From: Pristiophorus japonicus
Taxonomy: Eukaryota
NCBI RefSeq assembly: GCF_044704955.1
Contig: NW_027254409.1
Coordinates: 372,001-436,000 of the forward strand
Length of the DNA: 64,000 nucleotides
Direction: 5' to 3'
Position numbers and translations under genes: made by a program. Under the pieces are notes generated by a model. It was not told where the DNA came from, searched no databases, and worked only from the letters and a program-made list of their open reading frames with translations. Shown here piece by piece: positions 60,765-64,000 of this stretch (its first letter is position 1; every line of letters starts with the position of its first letter).

Positions 60765-63700
60765 TCACTCCCTCCCAAAGTCAATAGTACACTTATTTGC
60801 AAGTTGAGGCGATCTGGGGCTTTTCACTCCCGAGTCGATCGTCTCAGTTCAAATGCAGGTGCAGGTGAGTTGGTTGGTTCTTCGCTTGGCTGCTGCGCAG
60901 CTGACCTTGCTGGGCTGCTGGGGATGATGAGTTCAGCTTCGTGGTCAACCATGATGTTGGTTGCCACTTGTGTGTGTGTCGGATGGTCGAAATTGGTTGC
61001 TAGTGGCTGTCTGTGAATCGCAGTTTGGTTTGGTCCAAATGCTTTCTGCAAGTTATTCCATTTGCGAGTTTGACCTGAAACACCCTCCTCCCTCCTTTGG
61101 CTATGACAGTGCCAGCAAGCTATTTGGGACCAGGTCCATAGTTAAATACAAGTACAGGGTCATTGATTCCAATATTGCGTGACAAATCTGTGCGATCACG
61201 GTACATGCTTTGTTGATGCCGCCTGCCCTCGACTTGATCATGGAGATCAGGGTGAACGAGAGAAAGCCTTGTTTTGAGCACCCTTTTCTGGAGCAGCTCA
61301 GCTGGGGAACCCCGGTGAGAGAATGGTGTCCGGTGCAGTGGCTGAGCAGGACTCGGGACAGGTGGGTCTGCAGGGAGCCTTTTGACATGTGTTTCAAGCT
61401 TTGCTTGATGGTTTGGACTGCACGTTCTCTCTTGCCATTGGATGCGGGCTTGAATGGGGCAGATGAGATGTGCTTGATCCCATTGAGTGTCATGAATTCC
61501 TTGAATTCAGCGCTGGTGAAGCATGGCCCGTTGTCACTGACAAGGACATCAGGCAGGCCTTGCGTGACTCGTAGATTTTCGAGGATGGCAGTGGACGTGC
61601 TTACAGACATTATGACACACTCAATCCAGTTAGAATAAACATCCACAAGAACGAAGAACATTTTGCCTAGAAATGGGCCAGCAAAGTCAACGTAGATCCT
61701 AGACCACGGTTTGGAGGGCCATGACCACAAACTTGGGTGCCCTGGGTGCACGGCTTAGTTATGAGCAAGTGGTGCATTGGCACACGCAAGACTCCAAATC
61801 TGAGTCAATATCGGGCCACCACACATGGGGTCTGGCTACAGCTTTCATCTTTACTATGCCTGGGTTGGCACAATGTAGGTCAGGTTTGAACATTTCTCTG
61901 CCTTTCTTGGGCAAAACCACGTGATTAACCCACAAAAGACAGTCCGTCTGTATGGACATTTCGTATTTAAGCTGCTGGAACAGCTTGATCTCTTCATGCA
62001 TCTCCGCTGGGGAGCATCACTAGCTCCCATGGAGGACACAGTTTTTACAAGGGACAGTAAAGGATCCTGGCTGGTCCAGGTCCTCATCTGGTGGCCGTAA
62101 CGGGTGACTTTTCATTTTCAAATGCATCCATCACCAAGAGCAAGTCTGCAGGCTGTGCCATTTCCACCCCAGTGGTGGGAAAAGTAGCCGACTGAGGGCA
62201 TCAGCGCAGTTCTCTGTGCCTGGCCAGTGGTGAATTACATATTTATATGCATACAGCGTGAGCGCCCATCTTTGGATGCGAGCAGAAGCATTTGTATTAA
62301 TACCTTTGCTCTCTGTGAATAGCGATATGAGCGGCTTATGGTGAGTTTCTAACTCGAACTAAAGCCCAAAATGATACTGGTGCATTTTTTCACCCCGTAA
62401 ACGCATGCCAGAGCTTCTTTTTCAATCATGCTGTAGGTCCTTTCGGCCTTGGACGATCTCCTGCTCGCATAGGCGACCGGTTGCAATGTTCCCAATTCGT
62501 TTGCTTATTGTAACACACGCCCGACCCTGTACAAAGATGCATCGCAAGCTAGCACTAAACGTTTACATGGATCATAAAGGACAAGCAGTTTGTTGGAACA
62601 TAACAGATTTCGGGCTTCCTCAAAAGCAGTCTCTTTTGATTTTCCCCATGCCTAATAATCCCCCTTGCGCTGCCACATGTGTAGAGGTTCTAGCAAGGTG
62701 CTCAACCCGGGTAGGAGATTAACAAAATAATGAGGAGCCCCAGGAAGGACCACAGCTTCGTCACGTTCTGTGGTTTCGGCACGTTCTTGATGGCCTCCGT
62801 CTTGGTGTCAGTGGGTCTGATGCCATCTGCCACGATTCTTCTCCCTAAAAACTCGACCTTTGGCACCAGGAAAACAAACTTCGAGCGTTTCAACCTGAGA
62901 CCCACATGATCAAGCCGACTTAGAACCTCTTCCATGTTCTGCAATTGCTCGATGGTGTCCCGACCTGTGACCAGTATATCATCCTGGAAAACCACGATGT
63001 GCAGCACCGACTTTAGCAGACTCTCCATGTCCCTTTGAAAAATAGCCACGGTCGATCGAATTCCAAACGTGCATCTAATGTCGATGAACAGACCTTTGCG
63101 TGTTGATGCAGGTGAGGCCTTTTTAATATTCCGCCAGCTCCTGCATCATGTGGGCCGAGGTCAGGTCCAACTTGGTGAATGTCTTTCCTCCTGCCAGTGT
63201 CACAAATAGTTTGTCTGCCTTGGGTTGTGGGTAGTGGTCCTGCAGCGAAAAATGGTTAATCATTACTTTATAGTCCCCACAAATTCTGAGCATGACATCA
63301 CCCTTGAGAACCAGAACAACCTGACTGGCCCACTCGTTGAACTCCACCAGTGCGATGATGCCCTCTCGTTGCAGCCTGTCTAACTCGATCTCCACTTTCT
63401 CTCGCATCATATATGTTACTGCCCGTGCCTTGTGATGGATGGGTCATGTACCGGGAATCAAGTGGACCTGCACCTTCACCCTCAAGAAACTTCCGATCCC
63501 TAGCTCAAACAATGACGGAAACTTGCTCAGAACCTGGGCACATGAGGCGTCATCGATGGATGAAAGCGCTCGGATGCCATCCCAGTTCCAGCGTATTTTT
63601 CTCAGCCAGCTTCTGCCGAATAATGTGGGGCCATCTACTGACACTATGCTTAGTGGTAGTTCGTGTACGGTTCCATCATAAGATACTTTTAATACTGTGC

Positions 63701-64000
63701 TGACAATTACTGGGATCAGCTCTTTAGTGTAAGTTTTCAGTTTGGTGTGAATGGGGCTCAGCTTGGGTCTGTCGAAGGCCCTTTTCCCATGATGGACTTG
63801 ACTCACACCCATGTCCAATTCCACAGCTACTGGAATTCCGTCCAGTTCAATATTTAACATGATCGGTGGACATTTCCTGATGAAGGTGTGCACCCCGTAC
63901 ACTTCTGCCTCCTCGATTTGAGTCACTAGTTCAGTTTGATCCACCATGGATCGGTCTTCCACTGCAATGTGGTGCTTTGCAGTGTTTGCAGCTCATCTGC
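60765..64000 (-). mobile_element. Ty3/Gypsy (Mag-like) retrotransposon internal region, degenerate, continuing past the window end
   Basis: PR (ELDMGVS), RT (RICGDYK, FTKLDL, VFQDD), RNase H, IN (HVWWPDID..C..C, WSRIYVDFAGP, VSDNG); order PR-RT-RH-IN; multiple frameshifts. Confidence 0.93.

Noticed and set aside
3034-64000. IgM transmembrane exons, V/D/J segments or RSS
   Set aside because: No W-T-T-A-S-T-F-like TM exon or heptamer-nonamer pair recognised by eye; a tBLASTn search is needed to exclude them firmly

Overview
Repeat-rich vertebrate genomic DNA, almost certainly from a cartilaginous fish (shark IgM exon, shark-type CR1 tails, Deu-domain SINEs, GPR139-like receptor). From left to right the window holds: a damaged IgM heavy-chain Cmu4/secretory exon whose tailpiece is split by a CR1 LINE; a truncated tRNA-Arg-primed LTR element (A); an old, defective 8.7-kb provirus (B, 6094-14762); a 2.1-kb CT tract; one apparently intact two-exon GPR139-like GPCR gene; and a second provirus (C, 23263-53580). 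Proviruses B and C are tRNA-Ser-primed and share an env that lacks the gamma-type signature and resembles the Mononegavirales-F-like Env of lokiretroviruses. The env of C is split in frame by a 24.3-kb insert. That insert is bounded by CR1 sequence and contains a decayed ~3.3-kb-unit tandem array of tRNA-Asp/Ser/Leu genes (20 copies). The right end holds CR1, L2 and RTE fragments, minisatellites, a 67-bp satellite and a minus-strand Gypsy element. Most ORFs in the supplied track are repeat-derived. Boundaries were read by eye; repeat ends are approximate.
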